From a virus (lineage: Duplodnaviria; Heunggongvirae; Uroviricota; Caudoviricetes), in the IMG/VR virus record IMGVR_UViG_2519899780_000005: a stretch of DNA of 47,693 bases; one strand, 5' to 3'. Below are positions 29,947 to 39,156 of this stretch, piece by piece. Position numbers and translations under genes: made by a program. Numbering within the stretch: the stretch's first letter is position 1; every line of letters starts with the position of its first letter. A model generated the notes under the pieces. That model ran no database searches and had not been told where the DNA came from. It saw only the letters and a program-made list of their open reading frames with translations.

Positions 29947-31800
29947 TTATGATGATGCCGGTGCATTTATCTCCAGCACCAGACTTTCTATCTCAACGCC
30001 ATACGCTGCATTTTTGGTAATATCCGTCAGCGTCAGCGCATTCAGCCCCAGTGTCAGACTGTCTTTTATGACCTGGAATGCCGGGCCAGCCACTCCATTC
30101 AGTTTCGGAGTAACCGTGGCACTGCCGGCGGTGAACACCAGCTCCAGCGTCTGCCAGTCGTTACTGTAATTCCCGAACTCGCCCAACTTTGTGTTTCCTG
30201 CTTTCTTGTGATGCATCAGATTCAGTTTGCCGTCTGTGGTCTGGGTGAAGAACGACATCAGGAACGGGTTACCAGTCCCGGTCATCGCCACGACGTCAGG
30301 TAACGCTACATCGGTATACAGATAAATTCCCAGACCGAACTGATTGTTGGTCAGTGCGCCTGACAGTCGAAACTTACAGCTCAGTCTGCCACCCCGTGTC
30401 AGCAGGGAGACTGCGTCATCCACCGGGCGCGTCAGGGACCAGGCTTTATTGCTCTGCTTGGCGATCTTAAATACACCACCCGACAACTGAATTCCGCCGT
30501 CCTTAATGGTCCAGCCCTGCGCAGCAGCCTCTCCGGCTGTCGGCAGCAGGGAGATTGTGCGAACGGACGTATCTGCAGACGGACCCGATGGCGTGTCGCC
30601 GCCGGGCGAGGGTTTGATTTCCGGTGCCTTACCACTGATGAAGGCTGAGGTGCGCCCGGCTACGTTCAGAATAGCAGTTGCCATACGATCGGGAATAATG
30701 CCACGACGCGCCCATGAGCTGAAATGCGTCGGGCGATTTGATGATACCCAGTTTTTGTTCGTTCGGGATGCCGAACCGTAATAACCAGACCCGGCAATAT
30801 CAGGATCTTCTGACGGGTTGTTTGTCGGTGTATTAACTCCGCTACCATCGGTCATAAAGGGAACAAAATAAATCTGCTGGGATTCTTTACCTTTATATGC
30901 ACCATATACCACTTCATATTGCGTACCGTGTTCTTGTTTCCACGCGTATGTCGTGTCGCCACAAATCCAGGGGACTGATGCCGGACTTCCACCGTGACAC
31001 TGCGCTGCCAGCCCGGCAAGGTCAGCACGGAACTGCTGTACCATTGCAAGAAATGCTGCTGGCTGCTGGGCGTAACTGGCATTCGTCATATCGAATTCCC
31101 CCTGCATCCAGCATATCGCCAGCAAAACGTTTTTCGGGTTTTTCTGCAATGCTGCCTTCGTGCGGAAAAGCAGATCCTGATATAACGGCTTACCCACTCC
31201 CCAGCGAGCCGAATCCTGACTGGCCCCCGTGGACTCGCTGAATGTCCCCTCCGTGCCCTGGGTGAATGCCGAACCACCACGACAGCATGGTACCAGCAGG
31301 ATCCCCGCATTATTAGGGATATACGGAAGCAGTTTTTTGGCAATATGTAAGCCCTGGCCGACACAGCCGTACTGCCCTTTGCTCAGGTCAGCCCGGGGAT
31401 GGTTAATCGTACTCATATCCTGAACATCATGCAGACAATGGTCAGCAGGAATGATGTCGTTAAATACGCATACTTCACCACCGGGAGTCACTGTGTTACG
31501 ACGGGCCAGTTGCTTAATGCGCGGATGGGGCGCATCGTATGAATCCGGAAGCGGAAGCCCTTCACCGTAAGCCATGGCATTGGACTGCCCGGCCAGTACG
31601 ATGACGTAGTACCACTCCGGCTCAGTTGCACCACTGACGACCACATCACCTTCTGCTGCAATCGCCTGCATCAGGGTATAAGGGGTTATGGCCACCGGAC
31701 TACCAAACGGCTGCCAGCCCTCTTTCAGTTTATGTGTCAGCTTTTCCGCAAGATCTGACGGCGACGCCGCCCTGACAACATCATAGTGTTTAAATGCCAT
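29947..31800 (-). CDS. nanS-p: NanS-p-like sialate O-acetylesterase (SGNH/SASA hydrolase with DUF1737-like N-terminus); ORF-track start is 31815
   Basis: GQSNAMAYGEG catalytic motif; ~620 aa; position immediately upstream of the holin as in Stx-converting phages. Confidence 0.8.
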   Translation of the reverse strand: MAFKHYDVVRAASPSDLAEKLTHKLKEGWQPFGSPVAITPYTLMQAIAAEGDVVVSGATEPEWYYVIVLAGQSNAMAYGEGLPLPDSYDAPHPRIKQLARRNTVTPGGEVCVFNDIIPADHCLHDVQDMSTINHPRADLSKGQYGCVGQGLHIAKKLLPYIPNNAGILLVPCCRGGSAFTQGTEGTFSESTGASQDSARWGVGKPLYQDLLFRTKAALQKNPKNVLLAICWMQGEFDMTNASYAQQPAAFLAMVQQFRADLAGLAAQCHGGSPASVPWICGDTTYAWKQEHGTQYEVVYGAYKGKESQQIYFVPFMTDGSGVNTPTNNPSEDPDIAGSGYYGSASRTNKNWVSSNRPTHFSSWARRGIIPDRMATAILNVAGRTSAFISGKAPEIKPSPGGDTPSGPSADTSVRTISLLPTAGEAAAQGWTIKDGGIQLSGGVFKIAKQSNKAWSLTRPVDDAVSLLTRGGRLSCKFRLSGALTNNQFGLGIYLYTDVALPDVVAMTGTGNPFLMSFFTQTTDGKLNLMHHKKAGNTKLGEFGNYSNDWQTLELVFTAGSATVTPKLNGVAGPAFQVIKDSLTLGLNALTLTDITKNAAYGVEIESLVLEINAPASS

Positions 31801-31993
31801 GGTTCTTTCCACCATCTGAAAAATGATTCTTTAAAATACCTGACATGTAATACAGAAAAAACACAAAACCATACCTTAATTAAAAACCTCATCATCAAGC
31901 AGATATGCATGGATAAACTACAAGACGAGATATAAACCACCCTGCATTTAAATAAACAATAAACAACATCAGAAAAATAATTCTGCTCTATGG

Positions 31994-32020
31994 TTTACAA
32001 TCAAAAATATCATTTATACT
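31994..32020 (+). promoter_or_regulatory. Putative promoter (TTTACA, 15 bp spacer, TATACT) for the plus-strand moron gene
   Basis: Hexamers read from the sequence; AT-rich context. Confidence 0.3.
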
Positions 32021-32060
32021 TTTCAGAACATCACCAGCAAGGCATAAACAAGGAAACTAA

Positions 32061-32396
32061 ATGAAGTGGATTGTGATTGATACAGTTATCCAGCCATCAT
32101 GCGGAATATCTTTTTCAGTCATATGGAGTAAAATAAAATTAATAATCTGGTATCAATCGGATGCTTTCTTACCTCCTGAAAGTATATTTACACTGACTCA
32201 CACAGGCATCATGCTCAATAACAAAGTGCTGCCTGTAACCATTTACAACGTAGTACCATTCAATAAAACATTCTGGAATTTAATCAAAAACAGCCAGGAA
32301 TGCCCTACAAATACAGATAACGTATTGAATGAATGCTTTAATAACCGTTGCACTCTGCAAATATGTCCTTATGGGCTAAAACAACAAAGTCCATAA
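32061..32396 (+). CDS. Hypothetical Cys-containing 111-aa protein (AT-rich moron at the toxin locus)
   Basis: AAGGAAACTAA-ATG ribosome-binding site; perfect hairpin follows at 32441-32462. Confidence 0.5.
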   Translation: MKWIVIDTVIQPSCGISFSVIWSKIKLIIWYQSDAFLPPESIFTLTHTGIMLNNKVLPVTIYNVVPFNKTFWNLIKNSQECPTNTDNVLNECFNNRCTLQICPYGLKQQSP

Positions 32397-32440
32397 GGAG
32401 TTTACTCACATCTGACAAAATCAATATAAACAGCCCCTCC

Positions 32441-32462
32441 GGAGAGGGGCTGGAGAGTGGCG
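32441..32462. terminator. Perfect 9-bp stem-loop (cagcccctc-cgga-gaggggctg), likely a bidirectional terminator between convergent cargo genes
   Basis: Inverted repeat read directly; T-rich tract follows on the minus strand. Confidence 0.45.
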
Positions 32463-32843
32463 CTATGTGCCATTGCATGGTGCCGGGTGCCTCCCGGTGA
32501 ATTCAGTACCAGCACCTGAATCCGCGATTATCCCATATACCTACTCGCTGATTGCCCCTCCGCACAGGGGGATTCACCATGCCAGTTTCTTTTAACAAAC
32601 TCCCCGCAAACCAGACAACAGTCAACCGCCTGAATTGTGAAGTATTTAAAAATTTCTCCCGCTAACTGATACCCGGCTAACAGTCTGGCGTTTTCTTTTT
32701 CAGCAACGGGAAAGCAGCAACCACCACACCCGCCACCAGCACACCGTCAGCCAGCACTGACATTATCCGGCTGCTGCAATGCCATTCACAAAAACAGTAA
32801 GCAATCACTTTTTACCGTAACCGGTGATAATCCAGATATGTAT

Positions 32844-33200
32844 CTACCCCAGATGAGTAATCCGAAGTTCATCCATACCACAGGTCCTGGCTATTCTGTT
32901 GTACTCCTGAACAAGAGCAAATAATTCTGAATTAGCCACCATGAACTCATCGCAAACCCTCTGTATAGCATCACTATTCAGAATAATAACGTCTCTTCCC
33001 GAAAGACGATCAGGAGTACAGAACAAAACTGTCAAACGGCTGAAGGCCTTTGCTCGTTCTGCATTGACTATATCAATACGCTGCCTAAGGATGAAACACC
33101 CCGACGCCTCATCAATATTCACTCTACCCACACCATATGAATGATAAATATTTAATGCTGAAAAAACCATTAGACCGTATAACAAACACTCAATCAACAC
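32844..33200 (-). CDS. Hypothetical 118-aa protein occupying the position where stx genes sit in Stx phages
   Basis: ORF directly downstream of the tRNA cluster in the late transcript; start codon uncertain (GTG at 33200 or ATG near 33170). Confidence 0.4.
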   Translation of the reverse strand: MLIECLLYGLMVFSALNIYHSYGVGRVNIDEASGCFILRQRIDIVNAERAKAFSRLTVLFCTPDRLSGRDVIILNSDAIQRVCDEFMVANSELFALVQEYNRIARTCGMDELRITHLG

Positions 33201-33307
33201 TTAACAGAACTTTTATTTTTGACAAACATATAATATTTTCAACAATATCCTGAGCCAGGTATATTTCAGTATAAGGCTCTGCCGAAAGGAATCTGGAAGA
33301 ATGAATA

Positions 33308-33384
33308 TGGCGCGCTGTACTGGATTCGAACCAGTGACCGATTGCTTAGAAGGCAATTGCTCTGTCCGGCTGAGCTAACAACGC
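33308..33384 (-). tRNA. tRNA-Arg (anticodon UCU)
   Basis: Cloverleaf folds by hand: acceptor GCGTTGT/ACAGCGC, anticodon loop CUUCUAA, T-arm GGTTCGAATCC, 3' CCA; probably argO or argN of Stx-phage nomenclature. Confidence 0.85.
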
Positions 33385-33397
33385 ATGATGCAGATAA

Positions 33398-33474
33398 TGG
33401 ACCGCCATCGGGGACTTGAACCCCGCGCAGCCAGCTTCGAAGGCTGGCGCTCTATCCCGATGAGCTAATGGCGG
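33398..33474 (-). tRNA. tRNA-Arg (anticodon UCG)
   Basis: Anticodon stem CCAGC/GCTGG with loop CUUCGAA, T-arm GGTTCAAGTCC, 3' CCA. Confidence 0.8.
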
Positions 33475-33481
33475 TATGTGA

Positions 33482-33557
33482 TGGTGGCCCTTGCTGGATT
33501 TGAACCAGCGACCTGGCGATTATGAGTCGCTCGCTCTCACCACTGAGCTAAAGGGCC
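33482..33557 (-). tRNA. ileZ: tRNA-Ile2 / Met-like (anticodon CAU)
   Basis: GGCCCTTTAGCTCAGTGGT…ACTCATAATCG…GGTTCAAATCC…CCA; CAU anticodon in an Ile2-like body. Confidence 0.8.
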
Positions 33558-33606
33558 GGAAGCAGAATAATAATGGTGCGTAATTAATTCTGCAATCTCA
33601 TCCGTT

Positions 33607-34656
33607 TCAAACGATTAAATCCTGAACTTCCCTGACTGTCTGCTCAAAACGTCCGGTCTCCAGTTCAACGCCAATCGCACGACGCCCGAGCGCCAGTGCA
33701 GCTTTTACCGTTGAACCTGAGCCCATAAAAAAATCTGCAACCAGGTCACCCGGACGACTGCTTGCGCTGATTATCTGCTGCAGCATTTCTGCCGGTTTTT
33801 CGCACGGATGTTTCCCGGGATAGAACTGCACCGGTTTATGTGTCCACACATCCGTGTACGGCACCTGCGCCGTCACACCAAAATACCGCCGCAGATGCTT
33901 ATATTCACTCTGCAGCTCCACATACTGCCGGTTCAGTGACGTATACGTATCCACCAGCTGGTGGTGGGGCTTTTCCAGTTCACCGCGCTGATGTTTCTCT
34001 TCTGCCACCCGGGCAAACAGCGACTGTAATTTCAGATAATCGCTTTCGTTCGGTAGCTGCCACTGACTGGCACTGAACCAGTGCGACACCATGTTTTTCT
34101 TTCCTGTGGCATCTGCAATCTGTTTTGCCGTTATCCCCAGGGCCGCGCGCGCATCACGAAAGTAAGAAATCAGCGGGGCCATCACATGCTGTTTCAGTGC
34201 ACTGCCCTTCGCCGCATACCCGGCATCTTTCGGACGATACGGCCCCTGATAATGTTCCGCGAACAGAATGCGCTCTGTGGCGGGGAAATACGCCCGCAGG
34301 CTTTCCTTGTTGCATCCGTTCCAGCGTCCGGACGGCTTCGCCCAGATAATATGGTTCAGCACACTGAAGCGTTCACGCATCATGATTTCGATATCAGATG
34401 CCAGGCGATGACCACAGAACAGGTAAAGACTTCCGACAGGTTTCAGCACCCGCCAGAACTGCGCCAGACACTGGTCCAGCCACTTCAGGTAATCATCGTC
34501 GCCCTTCCACTGGTTATCCCAGCCCTCAGGCTTCACTTTAAAGTACGGTGGGTCCGTGACTATCAGGTCAACAGAATTTTCGGGTAACGACCGGATAAAT
34601 TCCAGGCAGTCGGCGTTGATTAACTCACAACTGGATATTTTTACAGTATTAAGCAT
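33607..34656 (-). CDS. Orphan DNA methyltransferase (N6-adenine/N4-cytosine class, DPPY motif)
   Basis: …VDLIVTDPPYF… motif IV near the N-terminus; 349 aa; no adjacent restriction enzyme. Confidence 0.8.
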   Translation of the reverse strand: MLNTVKISSCELINADCLEFIRSLPENSVDLIVTDPPYFKVKPEGWDNQWKGDDDYLKWLDQCLAQFWRVLKPVGSLYLFCGHRLASDIEIMMRERFSVLNHIIWAKPSGRWNGCNKESLRAYFPATERILFAEHYQGPYRPKDAGYAAKGSALKQHVMAPLISYFRDARAALGITAKQIADATGKKNMVSHWFSASQWQLPNESDYLKLQSLFARVAEEKHQRGELEKPHHQLVDTYTSLNRQYVELQSEYKHLRRYFGVTAQVPYTDVWTHKPVQFYPGKHPCEKPAEMLQQIISASSRPGDLVADFFMGSGSTVKAALALGRRAIGVELETGRFEQTVREVQDLIV

Positions 34657-34806
34657 GGATCATTAAGCCTGTCTCTGATAGGCTCATTCTGCTTTTGCGC
34701 AAAGCAGTGGGCCTGAGGTGTGCTTGTGAACCCAACGCATGAGCAGATGGCTGGTGGGTGCCCCTAACACCCACCAGCCGCCCATTTACCACAAATAAAA
34801 AAGCCT

Positions 34807-35004
34807 TCACTGCGGAAGGCGTCTGTAACAACCGAACTGATAGTCTGCCAGACCCGCCATAACCAGCTGGGTCAGTATTAACTGGCAGCGTTCGCGTGAA
34901 AGGTAAGTATTCTGCGCAATCTCCCCGACTGTCGCCGGGTCGTTAACGCTTAATTCATTAAACACCACTCTGGCGGTTTCTGTCATATCCTGCTGTTTTA
35001 GCAT
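34807..35004 (-). CDS. Hypothetical small protein (65 aa, MLKQQDMTETARVV…)
   Basis: ATG with AAGGGA ribosome-binding site; lies between tR' and the methyltransferase. Confidence 0.4.
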   Translation of the reverse strand: MLKQQDMTETARVVFNELSVNDPATVGEIAQNTYLSRERCQLILTQLVMAGLADYQFGCYRRLPQ

Positions 35005-35123
35005 GTCTTTTTCCCTTTTCCGGTTAACGTGACACACCAATAACTCTTGTCGAAAAAGCCAGCAAGCTGAAAGACAGGTATTCACCGCCACCAGCGCGTT
35101 TACTGTACTGACGCGATTTCAGT

Positions 35124-35147
35124 CATAAAAAACCCGCCAGGCGGCGG
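35124..35147 (-). terminator. tR'-like terminator downstream of the late promoter
   Basis: Minus strand CCGCC-gcct-GGCGG followed by gttttttat, ~90 bp after the Q stop. Confidence 0.5.
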
Positions 35148-35149
35148 AG

Positions 35150-35230
35150 TGTAAAAAATCTTCTAACGTCAGGCATAAAACGCCCATCGTTAGAGCAAAT
35201 TTACCACAGATTCGGGAAAAATCAACAACA
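35150..35230 (-). promoter_or_regulatory. Late promoter PR' / qut region (approximate)
   Basis: Position between Q and the tR'-like terminator; candidate TTGTTG…TAAATT hexamers. Confidence 0.35.
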
Positions 35231-36052
35231 CTATCGCGTTACCCTCTTTAACTGCCGCTCCGCCCATGCCTCTTCAATGTCAAACCGAACCACCAACGTA
35301 TCGTAAAAGCGTTTCACTGATTTTTTCCACGTATCAAGCGTGATAGCACTCGTCACTTTGCATATGGCATTAAATGCCTCCGTTGATGGCAGCCTTTCAC
35401 AGCCACGACCACCACAACGCTGGCAATCTCTGATAACAGGCATACCACGTTTTACCGACTCTTCACGATGAATGGCGACACCACGCCCACGGCAATCCTT
35501 ACAGGCGGTGGAAACCTCACCCTTTCCGCCACACTCCGGACAGGCAACTTTTACCACCTCCCTGACTTTTTTCCATTCTTCCCAGTAAGACGGATACACG
35601 CCTTTTGTGCACTTTGCCCACACTGGTGGCTTACCATCCGGATACTGGATCTTGTTTGTAAAAACCTCGCTTTCAATAAATTTTTTTCCGTGACAGCAGG
35701 GGCACTGTTTTTTGCTCGCCGCGCTACGGGCATAATCTTCAAACGCATACGAAGCCATAATGCGCATCACTACCGGTTTTATTTCTGCCGGAAGTTTTCT
35801 CAACGCCGCCACACGATCGCACCGACTGAGTGCATAATCTGCCAGTAATTCTGTTGCCCGCGCCCTGTCATTCATACTGATGCCCATTTTCCCCAGGAAC
35901 GCAGAAAACCCCATCTCAGCCCGATTCTGTGTCATGCCCTGCGCGGCCATCACATCAGTGATACTCAGCGCATCTTTTGACGTTGAGGCCGATGCATCGG
36001 TCAGGCCAGGGGATTTTGGGGAGTAGTATTTCGGTAAATCTTCCAGTTTCAT
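35231..36052 (-). CDS. Q: Late-gene antiterminator Q
   Basis: 273 aa with several CxxC zinc-binding pairs (CPCCHGKK, CPECGGKG, CKDCRGRG, CQRCGGRG); upstream of tR' and the lysis genes. Confidence 0.8.
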   Translation of the reverse strand: MKLEDLPKYYSPKSPGLTDASASTSKDALSITDVMAAQGMTQNRAEMGFSAFLGKMGISMNDRARATELLADYALSRCDRVAALRKLPAEIKPVVMRIMASYAFEDYARSAASKKQCPCCHGKKFIESEVFTNKIQYPDGKPPVWAKCTKGVYPSYWEEWKKVREVVKVACPECGGKGEVSTACKDCRGRGVAIHREESVKRGMPVIRDCQRCGGRGCERLPSTEAFNAICKVTSAITLDTWKKSVKRFYDTLVVRFDIEEAWAERQLKRVTR

Positions 36053-36423
36053 TTTTTGACCTGCCCTTCAAGCATTATGGGGTAAATCTTCACGCCCAGC
36101 CGCCCCCCAGGAACGCGCTGACCGCGCACAATATTGATTTCATCAAACTGCTCGTCGTCTATGAGAAGTCCGGCATGCGTCAGCGCATCCAGTGGTGCTT
36201 TCAGAATATTGTCCAGGTCGCGACGACGCTTATCCGGTGGCTCTGCAATCACCTTTATCGCCAGCCTTCCGGACAGGCTTAATTTCAGCCGCTGCTGGCG
36301 AACAATAAGCGCCACAGCCCGGCGATAACGCTTTCCCTCCTCCGAGATAAAATATGTGCTGCCACGGCGTCGCCAGTAAGTGTTCACCGTCGGCGGGTAA
36401 GGTAAAACCAAATCTATGAGCAT
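36049..36423 (-). CDS. rusA: Holliday junction resolvase RusA
   Basis: …EPPDKRRRDLDNILKAPLDALTHAGLLIDD… matches the recalled RusA catalytic motif. Confidence 0.85.
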   Translation of the reverse strand: MLIDLVLPYPPTVNTYWRRRGSTYFISEEGKRYRRAVALIVRQQRLKLSLSGRLAIKVIAEPPDKRRRDLDNILKAPLDALTHAGLLIDDEQFDEINIVRGQRVPGGRLGVKIYPIMLEGQVKK

Positions 36424-36435
36424 CAGTCACCTCTT

Positions 36436-37482
36436 TTACCCAAGCACGCCAGTTGCAAAGGCGTGATCAAGAAAACGAAAAATTAAATCAACCTGAGAAC
36501 CATGCTTTTCTTCGAACGCCAGAGGATCCGCATGAAGCTCGTTGTGATGCTCCCGACACAGCGGTAGCGTGAAAATATCGTGAGATTTTGTCCCCATTCC
36601 GCCCTGACCATGACCAATCAGGTGATGGGGATCGTCGGCTGGCTTACCACAACACGCACACGGCTGTGTCTTCACCCAGCGTGTGTATTTCTCGTTAACC
36701 CAGCGGCGACGTTTAGGTCGTTTCATGAAAGATTCCGGAGACTCAGGATCAACGGCAATGCTGACCACCGTCTCTTCCTGTGGCGGGTTTTGCTGGTGGG
36801 CGTGAGGCAGCGGCGCAAGATTTTTTGTGCGCTGCTTCAGTATGCTGGTGGCGGTCTGCTCTCCCGGTACGATGTCGCTTTCACGGTACATTGAGCGGAT
36901 TTTTTCCGCACGCAACCCCAGCGAACGACGTAATACCGCTTCCGGTAGCGCGTCCGCCACCTGATTGCGGACCGCCCACCAGGATAATTCAGCCAGCGAT
37001 AATTCCCGTTCCTGCGAGCCATTCATTGCATGGCGTATGACGTCAATCATCCATGCAAACAGGTTTTGGTGAGCAAGTTGCCCGAGTGATTCGGAGGTCT
37101 GGTCGCGCAGCTGGTTGTCGCAGTGCCAGCACAACACCATTGCGCCGGTACCATAACGGTGAATGACGGTTTCACTGTGGTGATAATCGCCGTGTGGCCA
37201 CTGGCAGGATTTAACATGGCGCAGTAACCAGTCAGACAATGCGCCAGCGCCACCAGCAGCACGAATCACTCGTTCGTCGCTGAAAAATGGCAGTAATGAT
37301 TTATCCTCCGCCAGCGGCTGGCGAACGGCAGGAACGACCCCGGACGGCAGATTACGCATGCTTTTCGGTTCCGGCTCCACCAGTACCCGGGTATTGTGGA
37401 ATACCGGCATGGATTCACGGCCCGGCTTAACGATCACCAGCCCGAGTTCCGGTACCAGAACAGGTCGAAGTAATACCCGCAC
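36436..37482 (-). CDS. DUF968-like protein with C-terminal HNH-type zinc motif
   Basis: …CACCGKPADDPHHLIGHGQGGMGTKSHDIFTLPLCREHHNELH…. Confidence 0.6.
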   Translation of the reverse strand: MRVLLRPVLVPELGLVIVKPGRESMPVFHNTRVLVEPEPKSMRNLPSGVVPAVRQPLAEDKSLLPFFSDERVIRAAGGAGALSDWLLRHVKSCQWPHGDYHHSETVIHRYGTGAMVLCWHCDNQLRDQTSESLGQLAHQNLFAWMIDVIRHAMNGSQERELSLAELSWWAVRNQVADALPEAVLRRSLGLRAEKIRSMYRESDIVPGEQTATSILKQRTKNLAPLPHAHQQNPPQEETVVSIAVDPESPESFMKRPKRRRWVNEKYTRWVKTQPCACCGKPADDPHHLIGHGQGGMGTKSHDIFTLPLCREHHNELHADPLAFEEKHGSQVDLIFRFLDHAFATGVLG

Positions 37483-37483
37483 G

Positions 37484-37756
37484 TTACCTCCAGATGCGTT
37501 GCTGGAATGTGCGGGACGGACGCGGTGGGCGTTCAGAGTAAGGAAGCCTGACGGAGATTATCCAGTGACGATAATCGAGGCTGAGGGCTTTCTTAATCTC
37601 GTATCCGCGTCTGCGGTAGTTATGAATTAGCCATTCGGCCTGTTCTTCAGTACATGGTGGGTGTTGGTACCAGTCGGTTTTAAATGCGTGTGAACGCCGC
37701 CCATGCCGGATGGCAAGGTCGGTATCAGAATTGTGAAATTTGGTTTTGTGCGCCAT
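37484..37756 (-). CDS. Hypothetical nin-region protein (90 aa)
   Basis: Complete ORF tightly packed with neighbours. Confidence 0.45.
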   Translation of the reverse strand: MAHKTKFHNSDTDLAIRHGRRSHAFKTDWYQHPPCTEEQAEWLIHNYRRRGYEIKKALSLDYRHWIISVRLPYSERPPRPSRTFQQRIWR

Positions 37757-37923
37757 CTGTTTTCTCTGCTGGCGCAGCAGGTGTCAGGTGTTCAGGCTGA
37801 CGTGCGAATTGTAAACCAGAATGCCAGAAAAAAACAAAACCCGCCGAACCGGGTTAAGTGCGGGTGCGTTGAGGATGCCTGACACATCAGAGGTGGCGAG
37901 GGATTTCTCCCCCGCCAGGTCTC

Positions 37924-38079
37924 TTACTCCTCAGGTTCGTAAGCTGTGAAGACAGCGACCTCCGTCTGGCCGGTTCGGAGTCGTACCTCGCAGAGGTCTT
38001 TCCTCGTTACCAGTGCCGTCACTATGACGGTTAAACAGATGACGATCAGGGCGATTAACATCGCCTTTTGCTGCTTCAT
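37924..38079 (-). CDS. hok: Hok/Gef family type I toxin (51 aa)
   Basis: MKQQKAMLIALIVICLTVIVTALVTRKDLCEVRLRTGQTEVAVFTAYEPEE matches the recalled Hok family sequence. Confidence 0.85.
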   Translation of the reverse strand: MKQQKAMLIALIVICLTVIVTALVTRKDLCEVRLRTGQTEVAVFTAYEPEE

Positions 38080-38316
38080 AGCCTGCTTCCCCTTGCCTTT
38101 CGGCACGTAAGAGGCTAACCTACATTTGTGAGACATAGATTGGGCCTCAGATTAATGTTAAGCGTCTTGCAGGACGCGAAATGTTAACTGGGGCTTTTCT
38201 CTATCTGCCTTTCAGTGTTCATGCCTGAGACAGATAGCCTCAAGCACCCGCAGCCATTCTACTTAACTCACGTCACCTCGCCAATATGAAATCAATCAGA
38301 AAGGTGATCCATAAAA

Positions 38317-39003
38317 TCACTCCTTCTCTTCTTTTCCGTAGTGGAGTTGGCCAATTTTGATAAGAGGGCGTCCCTGAGATTTGCGGTGTAGATTGGTATC
38401 GCGCAGAGAATACACACAGCCACAATATTCCTGCTGATAGAATTTTTCGCGCTTGCTGATTTCAATCATACGGGACGAGCCGCCCTGCTTGCGCCAGTTA
38501 TAATCCCAGTACACCATACCCGGATAATGCGCAACAGCTCGCCGCCCACACTCGTTAACCTGCTGCATATTTTTCCAGCGTGAAATGCCCAGTGAACTGC
38601 TGATCACACTGAAACCATTTTCAGCAGCGTACAACGCTGTCCGCTCAAAACGCATGTCAAAACACATGGTACAACGGATCCCCCTCTCAGGCTCCCATTC
38701 CATTCCTTTGGCACGTTCAAACCAGTTGTCGGTGTCGTAATCAGCATCGATAAACGGCACGCCGTGTTGTTCAGCAAAGCGAATATTTTCATCCTTACGA
38801 ATTAAATACTCTTTCTGAGGATGAATGTTCGGGTTGTAGAAAAAGATGGTGTAGTCGATTCCCGAGGCCTGAAGCGCCTCCATCACTTCACCGGAACATG
38901 GAGCACAGCAAGAGTGCAGTAGTAGTTTGTTTGCCCCGTTTGGGAGCTCCAATTTAGGCCGTTTGAAATCAGCAATAGTCATAAATATTTTTATTGGGGT
39001 CAT
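38317..39003 (-). CDS. QueH-like (DUF208) putative epoxyqueuosine reductase
   Basis: N-terminal [14 protein letters not shown] motif plus additional conserved Cys; identification from memory of the DUF208 signature. Confidence 0.5.
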   Translation of the reverse strand: MTPIKIFMTIADFKRPKLELPNGANKLLLHSCCAPCSGEVMEALQASGIDYTIFFYNPNIHPQKEYLIRKDENIRFAEQHGVPFIDADYDTDNWFERAKGMEWEPERGIRCTMCFDMRFERTALYAAENGFSVISSSLGISRWKNMQQVNECGRRAVAHYPGMVYWDYNWRKQGGSSRMIEISKREKFYQQEYCGCVYSLRDTNLHRKSQGRPLIKIGQLHYGKEEKE

Positions 39004-39156
39004 GAAAATAGCACAGAGTGTAGCATCAGAGCAGGGCTATCGGGAATATATGTCTAAATCTGGTAATATCTGGTTTTGACGCAAAGCGGACAACCACGCT
39101 GGCTCTACCCTGCGCCATGAAAATGTCAATTCACATCTGAACTAATGCTCTTTAAT

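Noticed and set aside
31816-33300. Shiga toxin genes stxA/stxB at the canonical position between the tRNA cluster and nanS-p
   Set aside because: No ORF in any frame here resembles an A subunit (~315 aa) or B subunit (~89 aa with signal peptide); the locus holds unrelated ORFs.
37924-38136. 70-aa version of the hok ORF with an N-terminal extension (MSHKCRLASYVPKGKGKQA…)
   Set aside because: Hok family toxins begin at MKQQKAM; the extension is an in-frame upstream run and probably not translated as part of Hok.
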